From positions 1,539,274-1,603,273 of the forward strand of contig CAWFPH010000002.1 of the NCBI GenBank assembly GCA_963817615.1: DNA of 64,000 bases. Direction: 5' to 3'. The stretch comes from an uncultured Gammaproteobacteria bacterium (lineage in GTDB: Bacteria; Pseudomonadota; Gammaproteobacteria; Steroidobacterales; Rariloculaceae). The translations under genes were made by a program, and so were the position numbers. Positions 9,393-19,114 of the stretch are shown here, piece by piece. Position 1 is the stretch's first letter; each line of letters opens with the position of its first letter. The notes beneath the pieces were generated by a model that was not told where the DNA came from, searched no databases, and worked only from the letters and a program-made list of their open reading frames with translations.

Positions 9393-9980
9393 ATGGGCCA
9401 GGACCCCGAGCTGCTGCGCCGCCTGCTGCGCGCGAAGGACCGCATGGACGGCGCCTCGCACGAGGAGTGGCCCGTGCGCCGCCTCGCTGCAGTGAGCCGC
9501 GTGTCGGAGGCGCACTTCGCGCACTCGTTCAAGCAGGCGTTCGGCCTTCCGCCGCACCGGTACTTGCTCACGCGCCGCATCGAGCGCGCGACGGCGCTGC
9601 TGCGCGACACCGACCTGCCCGTCACCGACATCGCGTTCGGCACCGGCTGGAACAGCCTCGGCACCTTCGGCCGCACGTTTCGCGACATCACCGGCGAGAG
9701 CCCGCGCACGATCCGCCAGCGCGCGCGAGCCGCGGCCCGCGATCTCGGCCGCGTTCCGGTATGCATCGAGCGCGCCGCGGCGCGGCCCGACCTCACGATC
9801 GCAGTTTCGGAGAAGCGGCGCAGGTCGGCGGACGGTAAAAAGACACCCGAGCCATCGAGGAGGTCTCATGAACCAGGGGATCGAAGTAGCCGGTCTGTAC
9901 GTCCGCGATCAGGACGAAGCGCTCGAGTTCTACGTGGAGAAGGTCGGGTTTCGCGTTCACACCGACGTGGGGAACGGTGA
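9393..9980 (+). CDS. AraC family transcriptional regulator (3' end uncertain)
   Basis: It has an AraC-type HTH pair (RLAAVSRVSEAHFAHSFKQAFGLPPHRYLLTRRIERATALLRDTDLPVTDIAFGTGWNSLGTFGRTFRDITGESP). The open frame runs 113 nt into the next gene, which is unusual. Confidence 0.75.
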   Translation: MGQDPELLRRLLRAKDRMDGASHEEWPVRRLAAVSRVSEAHFAHSFKQAFGLPPHRYLLTRRIERATALLRDTDLPVTDIAFGTGWNSLGTFGRTFRDITGESPRTIRQRARAAARDLGRVPVCIERAAARPDLTIAVSEKRRRSADGKKTPEPSRRSHEPGDRSSRSVRPRSGRSARVLRGEGRVSRSHRRGER

Positions 9981-10290
9981 CTATCGCTGGCTCACGGTGC
10001 AGCATCCGGAGCAGCCGTCGTTTCAGCTCGGCTTGTTCAAGCCCGGCCCGCCCGTGCACGACGCCGCCACGGCGCAAACGCTGCGCGAGGTCGTGGCGAA
10101 GGGCGCGATGCCGCCGCTCGTGCTCGTGGTGGACGATTGCCGCGCCGCCTACGAGCGGCTGCGCGCGCGCGGCGTGGAGTTCACGCAGGAGCCGGTCGAC
10201 CGGTTCGGCACCGTCGACGCAGGGTTTCGCGATCCGTCGGGCAACGGCTGGAAGCTGATCCAGGCGCGCCGCGCCGCAGGCGGCAAATGA
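9868..10290 (+). CDS. VOC (glyoxalase/bleomycin-resistance) family protein
   Basis: ATG follows GAGGAGGTCTC. The product is 140 aa, with typical VOC features (LYVRDQDEALEFYVEKVGF ... FRDPSGNGWKL). Confidence 0.85.
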   Translation: MNQGIEVAGLYVRDQDEALEFYVEKVGFRVHTDVGNGDYRWLTVQHPEQPSFQLGLFKPGPPVHDAATAQTLREVVAKGAMPPLVLVVDDCRAAYERLRARGVEFTQEPVDRFGTVDAGFRDPSGNGWKLIQARRAAGGK

Positions 10291-10324
10291 GCGCGGGGCA
10301 GGGCTGCAGGGAGTAGCGCTCGCT

Positions 10325-11197
10325 CTAGCGGATCTTCGCGAGTCCCTCCGTGAGCTCGATGTTCGTGCCCCAGGGATCCTTGACGAAGGCGATGTGGATC
10401 CCGAGCGCGGGCACTTCGCGATACGACACGGTGAGCGGAACCCCCTCGGCTTCGAGCTTCTTCGTGAACGCCTCGAGATTCTCGACCTCGAAGCCGATGT
10501 GGTCGAGCGCGCGGCCCTGCGTGGGCGCGGTCGGCGTCTGCGAAGGCGAGAAGCTCAAGGTCACGCCGGGCAGCGTGGCCGTCACGAACGCCTGCGCCGG
10601 ATTGGCCGGCTGCACCGCGGCGCCGAAGGTCTTCGCGTACCAGGCCCGCATCTCGTCGCGCTGCTGCCCGAAGAAATGCACGTGGTGCAGCTGAATCGGG
10701 GCCGTCTGGTCCTTCACTTCGACCAGCTCGACCTTGATGTCGTCGGGCCCGAGCGCGAACGCGATGTTCGTCGTGGGGCTCGCGGCCGCGATGTCGTCCG
10801 TGATCTTCACGGTGGCGGCCACGGAGTCGGTAGTGATCATCTTGAAGCCGTTCGCCTTGATCCTCGCGACGACGGGTTTCAAGTCCGGCACCGAGAAGCC
10901 GATGTGGTTCACGGTGCTGCCGATGGTGCCGCCGGTCGGCGCCTGCATCGGCCGGAAGAACAGGAACACGTTCGGAAACTCGATCACCTCGAGATTGTTC
11001 GTGCCGATGGTCGCGAGCTTGCCGCCGAGCGTGTCGACGAAGAACCGCTTCTGAGCGGCCATGTTCGTGGTGTTGAAGTGATGATGGCCGTAGACGACCG
11101 GGCCCTTGGCCGTGATCGTCTGCGCCGAGAGGCTCGCGGGTGTCGTTGCGAGCAGGGCGAGGCCGGCGACGAACAGCAACGCAGCGATTCTTTTCAT
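10325..11197 (-). CDS. secreted tandem-VOC domain protein
   Basis: It has a signal peptide (MKRIAALLFVAGLALLATTPASLSAQ) and two VOC-like halves (HHHFNT...NHIGFSV and LHHVHFF...DHIGFEV...FVKDPWGTNIEL). Confidence 0.8.
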   Translation of the reverse strand: MKRIAALLFVAGLALLATTPASLSAQTITAKGPVVYGHHHFNTTNMAAQKRFFVDTLGGKLATIGTNNLEVIEFPNVFLFFRPMQAPTGGTIGSTVNHIGFSVPDLKPVVARIKANGFKMITTDSVAATVKITDDIAAASPTTNIAFALGPDDIKVELVEVKDQTAPIQLHHVHFFGQQRDEMRAWYAKTFGAAVQPANPAQAFVTATLPGVTLSFSPSQTPTAPTQGRALDHIGFEVENLEAFTKKLEAEGVPLTVSYREVPALGIHIAFVKDPWGTNIELTEGLAKIR

Positions 11198-11634
11198 GGG
11201 GTCCCCCGTTGACGATCCGTAAGGCGTTGCGCGTCACGCCGAGCCGATCTCCCGGCCGGCATTCGCGGACGCGGCGCCCAGTCTAGCCGACGCCTTGTGT
11301 CGACGGATCGTGCGGTCGACGGCGCGACCGTTGCAAGGCGTTTCCGCGGAAACTCCGTTCATGCTGTCTGCGGAGTCTGCTCGAACGCCGATCGAACGTC
11401 TCGCCGAGGAGATTGCGGAGGGACGGGCCGGGGCGTATATAACCGCTTACGCCGGTCGAGGCGACGCGGGCCGTCGAGCAGAAAGGGTGTCTCGTCCGCG
11501 GCCAAGCATCCGGCACTGAGGAACAATCAGCATCTCGGCCGCGAACAACCATCGCCCCGCCACTCGGGGCAATACAGGCCTCCACAACGTTCTAACGCAC
11601 GCCAGCCGTGCATCACAAAGAATAAGGGACCGCT

Positions 11635-12510
11635 ATGCGCAAGAATGTGCTTGGAAGTCTAATCGAGTCGACGTTCGCAGCGATGATCCTGCTCGGAGCG
11701 GTGCAGAGTGCCTCCGCCGACGACGACTGCTGCACGCCCGCTATCACCGCGAAGATCGCCGCAGCGGCGGGGTACGTCGACATCGTCGGCATCAAGCTCG
11801 GCATGCCGGCGCAGCAGGCGCTCGATCTCATCAAGGCCGACAATGCGGCTTTAAACACGCAACTGCAGAAGATGGACGTCGACCTGCAATACGCGACGAC
11901 GCGCGTCCGTTCGTCCGGCCCAAAGAAGCAATGGGTCTCCGCGATCCAAAGCGCCACCGCCGACGGCAGCGAGTCGATCGAGGCCGACCTCAGCTTGCCG
12001 CCGACTTCACAAGTCGTCGTCTACCTGTCGCGCTCGCTCGCCTTTCCGATGAATGCCACGCCGACGGTGGACAACGTCATCGCCGGATTGAAGAAGAAGT
12101 ACGGAGAGCCGACGACGTTGCAGCCGATCGGCAGCCCGGAGCTCCGGTGGATCTTCGATTCTCAGGGACGACTGCTCAATCAGGCCGGGTTGGCCAAGCT
12201 TGGGGCCCCGGGCGGTTGCGATCCGGTTTCGGCCGTGCCGAACATCGAGCCTCCCGGTAGCGGCTACAGGGGGAAACTAGCGGTGACCAACGGGCAGTGC
12301 GAGAAGGCGGGCGTGACAGTTGTGAAAGCGGAGGTCAATCCGACGACAACCGGCGGCAGCATGGCGGGCAGGTTGATCGTCAGCATGGCCAGCATTCCGC
12401 TCTTGTACAACAGCGTCAACACGACCAACGTTGCGCTGGACGACCTTCTCAAGAAGTCCGATGAGAAAGCGCACGAAGAGGCGAACAAGGTCGCTACGCC
12501 GAAGCTGTGA
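11635..12510 (+). CDS. secreted hypothetical protein
   Basis: 291-aa ORF with a signal-peptide-like N-terminus ending SASADDD. GC is somewhat lower than in its neighbours. I recognise no family. Confidence 0.6.
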   Translation: MRKNVLGSLIESTFAAMILLGAVQSASADDDCCTPAITAKIAAAAGYVDIVGIKLGMPAQQALDLIKADNAALNTQLQKMDVDLQYATTRVRSSGPKKQWVSAIQSATADGSESIEADLSLPPTSQVVVYLSRSLAFPMNATPTVDNVIAGLKKKYGEPTTLQPIGSPELRWIFDSQGRLLNQAGLAKLGAPGGCDPVSAVPNIEPPGSGYRGKLAVTNGQCEKAGVTVVKAEVNPTTTGGSMAGRLIVSMASIPLLYNSVNTTNVALDDLLKKSDEKAHEEANKVATPKL

Positions 12511-12638
12511 CGCATCGGCGACGCTTAAGACCTGCACGGCAGGTGGCGTACGCCTAGCGCGGCGCAATCGCAAAATGAGCCCGCCGATCGCGGCGCCGAA
12601 GCGTTGACGAGCGAGTGAGTGAGTAGAGTGGCAACGGG

Positions 12639-14492
12639 GTGAACGTCACGGGCAAAGTCGCGCGAGCCGCGCTCGCGATCGCCGTCGCGTTCGCATCGAT
12701 CGGCGCGAGCATAGTGCCGGCGCGCGCTCAGCCTCCAGCGGGCGCATTCGCGGTCGAAGAGGCGACCATCGCGCAGATTCAGCAGGCGCTGCTGAAGAAG
12801 CGCATCACCACCGTCGGCCTGGTCGAGCGCTACCTGCAGCGGATCAAGGCGTACAACGGCACCTGCGTGAACGAGCCGCAGGGCATCCTCGGGCCCATCA
12901 CGACCATCCCGCACGCCGGTCAAATCAATGCGCTCGTCACGCTCAACCTGCGGCCGGCGAGCCGCGAGCGGTGGGGCTTCGACGCGCGCAAGGCGCGCAG
13001 CGTCACCGACGCCGCCGACAGCGCCGCGTCGATGCCCGACGCGCTCGAAACGGCGGCGGCGCAGGATCGCGAGCTCGCGCGCACCGGCCGCCTCGTGGGG
13101 CCGCTCCACGGCGTGGTGATGGCGATCAAAGACCAGTACGACACGTTCGACATGCGCACCACCGCCGGCGGCGACGTGCAGTACGCGAACGACCGGCCGC
13201 CGGACGACGCCACGTTCGTGCGGCGGTTGCGCGACGCCGGCGCGATCATTCTCGCGAAGTCGAACCTGGCGGAATACGCCGTGGACGGCGCGCGCAGCTC
13301 GTACGGCGGCACGTTCTGCAATCCGTACGACACCGAGCGCGAGCCCGGCATGTCGAGCGCGGGCTCCGCGACCGCCGTGGCGGCCAACCTCGTGACCTGC
13401 GCGATCGGCGAGGAGACCGTCGTCTCGATCCGCTGGCCCGCGTCGGTCAACAGCTTGGTCGGCCTCGCGCCGACGGTGGAGCTCGTGAGCCACGACGGCA
13501 TGATCGGCGCCGGCATCAACATGCGCACCGGCCCGATCTGCCGCACCGTCGCCGACGCCGCGAAGGTGCTCGACGTGATCGCCGGCTACGATGCGAAAGA
13601 CCCGATCACGGCGTTCAGCGTCGGTCGCATGCCGCCGCGCGGCTACGCCGCGGCCGCGTCTCCGGGCCGCCTCGAGGGTCTCAAGATCGGCGTGATTCGC
13701 GAGTACATGGATCGCGAGCACTACACGAAGGCGGACGAGCAGAGCCTCGATCTCGTCGAGCGCGCGCTCGACGACTTGAAGAAGCTCGGCGCGACGGTGG
13801 TCGACCCCGGCCGCGGCGGCGCCCTGTTCAAGGACTGTTTCGATCGACTGGCGCCGACGCTGCTGCAGCGGCAGGATCCCGTGTCGCTGTTCGCGCTGAA
13901 CACGACGGGCGTGCAGGGCGAGGATCGCTACCAGATCAACCGCTACCTTAAGGAGCGCGGCGACGCGAACATTCACTCGAATGCGGATCTGATCGCAAAG
14001 GCGCGGTTCTACGACGATCCGAACTTCCCGGATCGCCGCGCGTTCCGCGAGGCCGCGGAGCGCCAGACCACGTACGACCCGTCGCAACGATTGGCCGAGC
14101 GATTCGGCCTGCGGACGCTGCTCTTCGCGTGCATGCAGGAGCAGCGGCTCGATGCGCTCGTTTCGCCGATGTCGACGGTGCCGCCGCGCAAGCTGACCAA
14201 TCCTCGCGAGCCCGCGGCCGGCGGTCGCACGCCGATCGGCTTTTCGCTGATCGGCCAGCAGGGCTTTCCGGCGATCACGGTGCCCGCGGGCTTCACGACC
14301 GAGGTTTGGGATCGCGAGCGCGACGACGCCGGCGGAACTCGGCTCGTCGGACCGGTGCCCGCCGAGCTGCCGGTCGGCGTCGACTTCATTGCGCGGCCGT
14401 TCGAGGAGGCGTTGCTGGTTCGGATTGCCGCGGCGTACGAGGCGGCGACGCATCATCGGCGGGCGCCGGCGGAGTTTGGTGTCGTCGAATAG
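12639..14492 (+). CDS. secreted amidase (amidase-signature family)
   Basis: GTG start and a signal peptide (AFASIGASIVPARAQ). Amidase-signature elements are AIKDQYDT and GMSSAGSATAVAANL (a Ser-rich GGSS(G/A)GS-type stretch). Confidence 0.85.
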   Translation: MNVTGKVARAALAIAVAFASIGASIVPARAQPPAGAFAVEEATIAQIQQALLKKRITTVGLVERYLQRIKAYNGTCVNEPQGILGPITTIPHAGQINALVTLNLRPASRERWGFDARKARSVTDAADSAASMPDALETAAAQDRELARTGRLVGPLHGVVMAIKDQYDTFDMRTTAGGDVQYANDRPPDDATFVRRLRDAGAIILAKSNLAEYAVDGARSSYGGTFCNPYDTEREPGMSSAGSATAVAANLVTCAIGEETVVSIRWPASVNSLVGLAPTVELVSHDGMIGAGINMRTGPICRTVADAAKVLDVIAGYDAKDPITAFSVGRMPPRGYAAAASPGRLEGLKIGVIREYMDREHYTKADEQSLDLVERALDDLKKLGATVVDPGRGGALFKDCFDRLAPTLLQRQDPVSLFALNTTGVQGEDRYQINRYLKERGDANIHSNADLIAKARFYDDPNFPDRRAFREAAERQTTYDPSQRLAERFGLRTLLFACMQEQRLDALVSPMSTVPPRKLTNPREPAAGGRTPIGFSLIGQQGFPAITVPAGFTTEVWDRERDDAGGTRLVGPVPAELPVGVDFIARPFEEALLVRIAAAYEAATHHRRAPAEFGVVE

Positions 14493-14847
14493 GACTCGAG
14501 AGGCGAGCGTGCCGCGTGCTCGACGTGGACTAACGCCAGGCACCCCGCTCGTGCGTTGCGGCCGCAGAGCCGAAAGAAGATCGAAAAGAGCTTCCAGTCC
14601 GGTTTGCGTGTCGGATTTTTCGTCGTGCCTGCTTAGCGTGTGGGTCGAGCGCGCGGGCGTTGGCCGCCTTCGTAATCGCGCATGACATCGATCCCGCGCG
14701 CCCGGCTGCTCAAGCGGTGCTAATTTTTTGTCCGCCGCGCCGACGTCCGGACGAAGCATGCCTTCGACGAGTTGCGAGACGGAGGCGTCGCACGACAGGC
14801 GAAAATGCGTAGCAGGTCTTCGCATTAGTCTCACCTAGAGGTATCGT

Positions 14848-16287
14848 GTGCAACCGTCCCACCCTTGGGGAGAGCTGCCCGTGACCTTCTCCGAGATATC
14901 AGAGTTCATCAAGTCCGGCGAACGGTCCCGCTTAATCCCGGTCGTCGCAGACACGAGCCGGGAGGAGCGTGCCGTCTCGTCACTGCTGGCGGCATTTTCG
15001 ATCGTACCGTCTTTGGCTTATTCGATGCTCCAAGACGTCGGAGGACCCACAAACCAGCGAGCGAGCATCCGTTGTTTCTCGCAAGTCGTGTTCAAAAGTT
15101 CTCCACCCGAGACCCGGTTACGCCCGGATGGATTCATCGAGGTCGACAGTGGCCGCAAGGTTTGGAGGGCACTAGTGGAGGCGAAGATCGGGGGAACGGA
15201 ACTCACGGTCGACCAAATCGAAGCGTACCTCGATCTCGCACGGGCGCTTGGAATAGATGCGGTGATTACTATCTCCAATCAGTTTTCCACGTTACCAACG
15301 CACCACCCCGTCGCAATTAATAAGCAGAAGCTCAGAAGCGTTTCCCTCTACCATTTTTCGTGGCTCTCGCTCCTGACCAAGGCCAGACTTCTTTCTGAAG
15401 ACAAATCAGTAGCGGATCCCGAGCAAGCATTCATCTTAAGTGAGTTGATTCGCTACCTCAGTCACGACTCTTGCGGCGTGTATGAGATGACCCGGCTCGG
15501 CAAAGAGTGGAAAGACGTATGCACGAAGGTACAAAACGGAACGCCCCTCGCGAGGAGTGACGAAGAAACGCGAACCGTCGTGTCGCTGTGGCATCAGCTG
15601 ACCCGCTATTTGGCGCTTGAGCTGAGCGTCTCTGTTGGAAAGGCGGTAGATGTTTGGTTGCCACGTGCCTACATTAGAGATCCTGCGCAACGCTTGGTCA
15701 CGGAATGCACGCAATTCGCGTCCACATCGATTCTCTCCGCTGAGTTCGAAATACCGAACGCGGTGTCTCGATTGACTGTTGACGCCGACTTTTTGCGGCG
15801 CAGCCTCCGCTTCTCGATTGACGTCAACACGCCGCAGGACAGAGTGCGTCCTACAGCTGCCGTGAACTGGGTGACTCGGCAACTGCAAGGTCTCAGCGAC
15901 TCGACGGATACGCTTCTTCGAGTCTGCTGGGCCGGCCGAAGCCCAGACACGGCGGCTCCGATCTCTGCTGTTATCGGGGATGCGAGGACCGTTGTCCCGG
16001 AAGAAAAGAAGGACCTTCCGACGGGGTTCCAGGTTCAACGCGTTGTTGATCTCGCCGGTCGCTTCAAAGGATCCAGCACCTTCATTGAAGACGCGCGGCG
16101 TGAACTTCCACGATTCTACAAGGACGTTGTGCAGAACCTCTCGAATTGGGTACCGAAAGCACCGCTCTACAAGGAAAAAGCTGCGGAGGTCCCTTCCGAT
16201 TCAGCCGGCGTTGCCCTGCCAGCGTCGGTCGAAGCTCGTGACCAAGTCGTACCTCCGGCCGATGGACCGCCAGCTGCCACTCGCTAG
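14848..16287 (+). CDS. hypothetical protein with N-terminal RecB-like PD-(D/E)xK nuclease signature and unknown 300-aa C-terminal region
   Basis: GTG start. Residues about 93-127 read RPDGFIEVDSGRKVWRALVEAKIGGTELTVDQIEAYL, giving P-D, E-A-K and Q-x-x-x-Y in canonical order and spacing, with an upstream acidic helix (SREERAV). GC is visibly low: sampled 60-nt lines give 48-58% against 70-78% in the adjacent amidase. Confidence 0.7.
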   Translation: MQPSHPWGELPVTFSEISEFIKSGERSRLIPVVADTSREERAVSSLLAAFSIVPSLAYSMLQDVGGPTNQRASIRCFSQVVFKSSPPETRLRPDGFIEVDSGRKVWRALVEAKIGGTELTVDQIEAYLDLARALGIDAVITISNQFSTLPTHHPVAINKQKLRSVSLYHFSWLSLLTKARLLSEDKSVADPEQAFILSELIRYLSHDSCGVYEMTRLGKEWKDVCTKVQNGTPLARSDEETRTVVSLWHQLTRYLALELSVSVGKAVDVWLPRAYIRDPAQRLVTECTQFASTSILSAEFEIPNAVSRLTVDADFLRRSLRFSIDVNTPQDRVRPTAAVNWVTRQLQGLSDSTDTLLRVCWAGRSPDTAAPISAVIGDARTVVPEEKKDLPTGFQVQRVVDLAGRFKGSSTFIEDARRELPRFYKDVVQNLSNWVPKAPLYKEKAAEVPSDSAGVALPASVEARDQVVPPADGPPAATR

Positions 16288-16366
16288 CGTGGTTTTGCTG
16301 GTTTCGGTTGCCGTCGTGGTTCCATGCTCCCCAATGGGATGTATGCCGGCGAATCGAGCAAGTGGG

Positions 16367-16879
16367 CCGGGCTCGGTCATGCGCAAGCGCTCGTGGACCG
16401 TCATCTTCGCGCTGTGCGGCGAGGAGCCATCGATGAACGACTTGTCCGACAACGCCACGGTGTCGACGACGAGCGTGTCGCCTTCCCATCGGCCCGTCGA
16501 GTAGCCGGCGTAAGTCGGGTCCGCGAGCACCTGCGCCGACGGCTTGCGTCCGTCCAAGTAAACGCGACGGAGCGCATCCAAGTGCTCGCTGAAGAACGTG
16601 ATCTTCTGCGCGTCTTGCATGACCTCCATGCCGTATGCCGCGCTCATCATCGCGGGCACACCGGGCGGCAGGCAGTTCGCGGTGTTGTCGTACTCGTACG
16701 AGCCGCCGATCCGCGATTTCGCGATCACGTTCCACTTCGCGAGGTATGCGGGCGTGAGCTTCGGCGCGTCGGGGCCGCACCCCTGCGAGCCGTCCGCTGT
16801 CGGCGAGGAACGGGTCGGCGGTGGCAGAGGCTCGCCCGGTCTGCGCACCGGCGGCGGCACACCGCCTTCGCCTTGGGCG
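16367..16879 (-). pseudogene. internal 171-codon fragment of a paralogue of the DUF6152-fusion gene at 20130-21254
   Basis: A 513-bp colinear match to 20278-20790 with 17 mismatches and no indels by eye. It lacks the N-terminal DUF6152 part and the native C-terminus. The 232-aa track ORF 16201-16899 is this fragment plus unrelated flanks, and it overlaps the 3' end of 14848-16287. Confidence 0.8.
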
Positions 16880-17035
16880 CCGCCGCGCCGAAAGTGCACG
16901 GCAGAGTCGGCGCCGACGCGAAGGCGATCGCGCAGCGCGTGCGCAGTCGAAAAGCTTCATCGGGTGAAATCTAACTCTATTCACCTCTCGACCGCGGCTG
17001 ATCGTGTCTTCCTCACGGCATCGAAGAACGGATTC

Positions 17036-18199
17036 CTACGGCCAGAGCGTGCTCTCGGCGAGTGCCTCCGCGAGCCGCGAGTGCGGCCACACTTCGATGC
17101 CGTCGGGCAGCTTGAGCACGCGCGAGCCGCCATAGACCAGTATCCGGCGCACGACGTTGCGCAGTTCGGCGATCGCGTCGAGCCCATCCGTGAGCCCGGA
17201 GGAGAATCGCTCCTTCGTCTTGACCTCGATCGCGAGGAACTCGCGCCCGCGGCGCAGCAGGAAATCGACCTCCAGCCGCGCGGGCGTCGGCGGCGACCAG
17301 TAGAAGATCTCGTCGAACACGTCGCCGACCGAGGCATATGCGCGCAGCAGGTGCAGCACCCACCCTTCCATGAGGGGGCCGCGCTCTTCGGAGGTGAGCG
17401 GGCCGAGTTGGCGTTTGGTGGCTCGCACCAACCCCGCGTCGATCCAGTAGAGCTTCGGCAGCTTGCGCTCGCGAACGCGCAGCTTGGCCTCGTAACCCGG
17501 AAGGCGAAAGATCAGCAACGTGTCTTCCAAGATGTCGAGATAGCCTTGCACGGTCGTGCGCGCGACGCCTGCGTCACGTGCAAGGCCGGCGACGTTGATC
17601 GCTTGACCGTGGAACAGGGCGGCGATCGGCAGGAACCGCGCGAAGCCGGGCAGATTGCGCACGAGCGCTTCGCCGCGTATCTCCTCGCGCAGATACAGCT
17701 GTACGTAGCTCTCCAACGTGGCGCGGCGATCCTGAGCGGTCCAGACGAGCGGAATCGTGCCGTACGCGAGCGCGGTCTCCAGATCGAAAAGCTTGCCGAG
17801 CTCTTCGGGGACGAACGGATGCAGCGACTGATGGAGCGCCCGCCCCGCGAGCAGATTCGTTCCCGCGCTCTTGAGCTTGCGCGCGCTCGAGCCGAGCAGC
17901 GCGAACCGCAGCCGGCGGTCCTCGATCAGCTTGTGAACCTCGTTCAGCAGCGCCGGGACTCGCTGCACCTCGTCGAGGACCACCCAGGCCCCCGCTCGCA
18001 GCGCGCCGACTTCCGCCGCGAGGAGCGATGGGTCGACGAGAAGCTCGTGATAACGCCGCTCGTCGAGCAGGTCGACGCGGTGCGCGGCCGGAAGCGCGTT
18101 TCGAGCCCATGTGCTTTTGCCCACGCCGCGCACGCCGAGCAGGAAAAAGCTCGAGGCCGGGGGTCGTAGCAATCTCGCAAGCTGGCGGTTGGACACCAT
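17036..18199 (-). CDS. AAA-family ATPase with C-terminal DUF4143 domain (AAA_14/DUF4143 type)
   Basis: Walker A is LLGVRGVGKST and Walker B-like is WVVLDEVQ. The C-terminal region EVDFLL...AIEVKT is typical of DUF4143. Confidence 0.85.
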   Translation of the reverse strand: MVSNRQLARLLRPPASSFFLLGVRGVGKSTWARNALPAAHRVDLLDERRYHELLVDPSLLAAEVGALRAGAWVVLDEVQRVPALLNEVHKLIEDRRLRFALLGSSARKLKSAGTNLLAGRALHQSLHPFVPEELGKLFDLETALAYGTIPLVWTAQDRRATLESYVQLYLREEIRGEALVRNLPGFARFLPIAALFHGQAINVAGLARDAGVARTTVQGYLDILEDTLLIFRLPGYEAKLRVRERKLPKLYWIDAGLVRATKRQLGPLTSEERGPLMEGWVLHLLRAYASVGDVFDEIFYWSPPTPARLEVDFLLRRGREFLAIEVKTKERFSSGLTDGLDAIAELRNVVRRILVYGGSRVLKLPDGIEVWPHSRLAEALAESTLWP

Positions 18200-18391
18200 G
18201 CAGGCACTTTACCACGAAAAGTGCCGGCTTTATGTGCAGACTATGGCGCATATCCGCGCTACGCGGCGATCACCGGCAGCAACGTCATCGTGTCGTTACC
18301 CGGAAATGTCGACCTTCGCGACTTGCCTATGCTTAAGTGGACCGCCGGCCCGCCGTGGCTCCAAAATGAGCACCGCTACGGAGCCACAGCG

Positions 18392-18688
18392 ATGTCGAAC
18401 CTATCGATCAAGAACGTTCCCGACGCCTTATTGGCCAAACTGCGCAAGCGCGCCGCGCAGCATCATCGTTCGCTTCAGGGTGAGATCATGGCGTTGCTGA
18501 CCGCCGCGGTGGAGTCGTCTGCGGGCGCCGCGGAGTCGGTAGCGACCCGCAAAACGTCGCGCGAGCGCCGCAGCAGTTTGCGTCGAATCGAGCAGATCGC
18601 CGCCGAGCATCGCGAGCGATGGAAGAAGCCGTTCAAACAGGGGCCGCGCGCCGTCGATCTCATCCGCACCGAGCGCGATGCCCGCTGA
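18392..18688 (+). CDS. vapB: ribbon-helix-helix (Arc/FitA-type) antitoxin
   Basis: Internal ATG at 18392. MSNLSIKNVPDALLAKLRKRAAQHHRSLQGEIMALL is the FitA/Arc RHH pattern. Its stop overlaps the downstream PIN gene start by 11 nt. Confidence 0.7.
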   Translation: MSNLSIKNVPDALLAKLRKRAAQHHRSLQGEIMALLTAAVESSAGAAESVATRKTSRERRSSLRRIEQIAAEHRERWKKPFKQGPRAVDLIRTERDAR

Positions 18689-19114
18689 CCGCTCGCCGAC
18701 GCTAATCGTCGCGGACGTTCGCAGCCGCTATTTGGCTCGTCCGCCGCTCGTCGTCGATTGCAGCGTCTTGGCCGCAGTCCTTTTCGACGAGCCCAATCGC
18801 GCGGAGGCCGCCCGTGCGCTCGCCGGCAAGGATTTGTGCGCGCCCGATCTCATCGCGGACGAGCTGGTCAGCGTCGCCGTGAAGAAATCTCAGCATGGGC
18901 TCGAAGACGTAGCGCGGCAGGCGCTCGTCGACTTCGCAGAGCTCGACCTCACTCGCTATTGGCCGGATGTCCACGCGCAATGGCGTCTCTCCATCGAATA
19001 TGGACTGTCCGCCTATGACGCCGCCTTCTGTGGCTCGCGGCTGAGCTCGGGGCGCCGCTCGCCACCTTCGACGAGCGTCTTGGCGGCGCGGCCCGGCGAC
19101 TGGCGAACGGCTAG
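18678..19114 (+). pseudogene. vapC: PIN-domain toxin, disrupted by a 1-nt frameshift near codon 117
   Basis: The N-terminus LVVDCSVLAAVLFDE is PIN-like. At about 19026-19028 the frame changes. The -1 frame continues LWLAAELGAPLATFDERLGGAARRLANG* (stop at 19112-19114), which is the expected PIN C-terminus with the last catalytic Asp. The frame as it now stands gives an Arg/Pro/Ser-rich tail to 19145. Confidence 0.75.

Noticed and set aside
12525-14834. A 769-aa ORF on the minus strand opposite the amidase. Similar very long ORFs occur at 24389-26173(-), 26488-28917(-), 27195-29039(+), 45761-48334(-), 49650-51257(-), 16598-18169(+) and 30086-31369(+).
   Set aside because: Their composition is dominated by Arg, Ala, Gly and Pro with no motifs. 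Each lies antisense to, or out of frame with, a gene that has clear family signatures. These are typical shadow ORFs of high-GC DNA.
16201-16899. 232-aa track ORF taken as an intact gene
   Set aside because: Only its central 171 codons are homologous to the gene at 20130-21254. Both ends are unrelated sequence, and the 3' part overlaps the convergent 479-aa gene. I treated it as a gene fragment.
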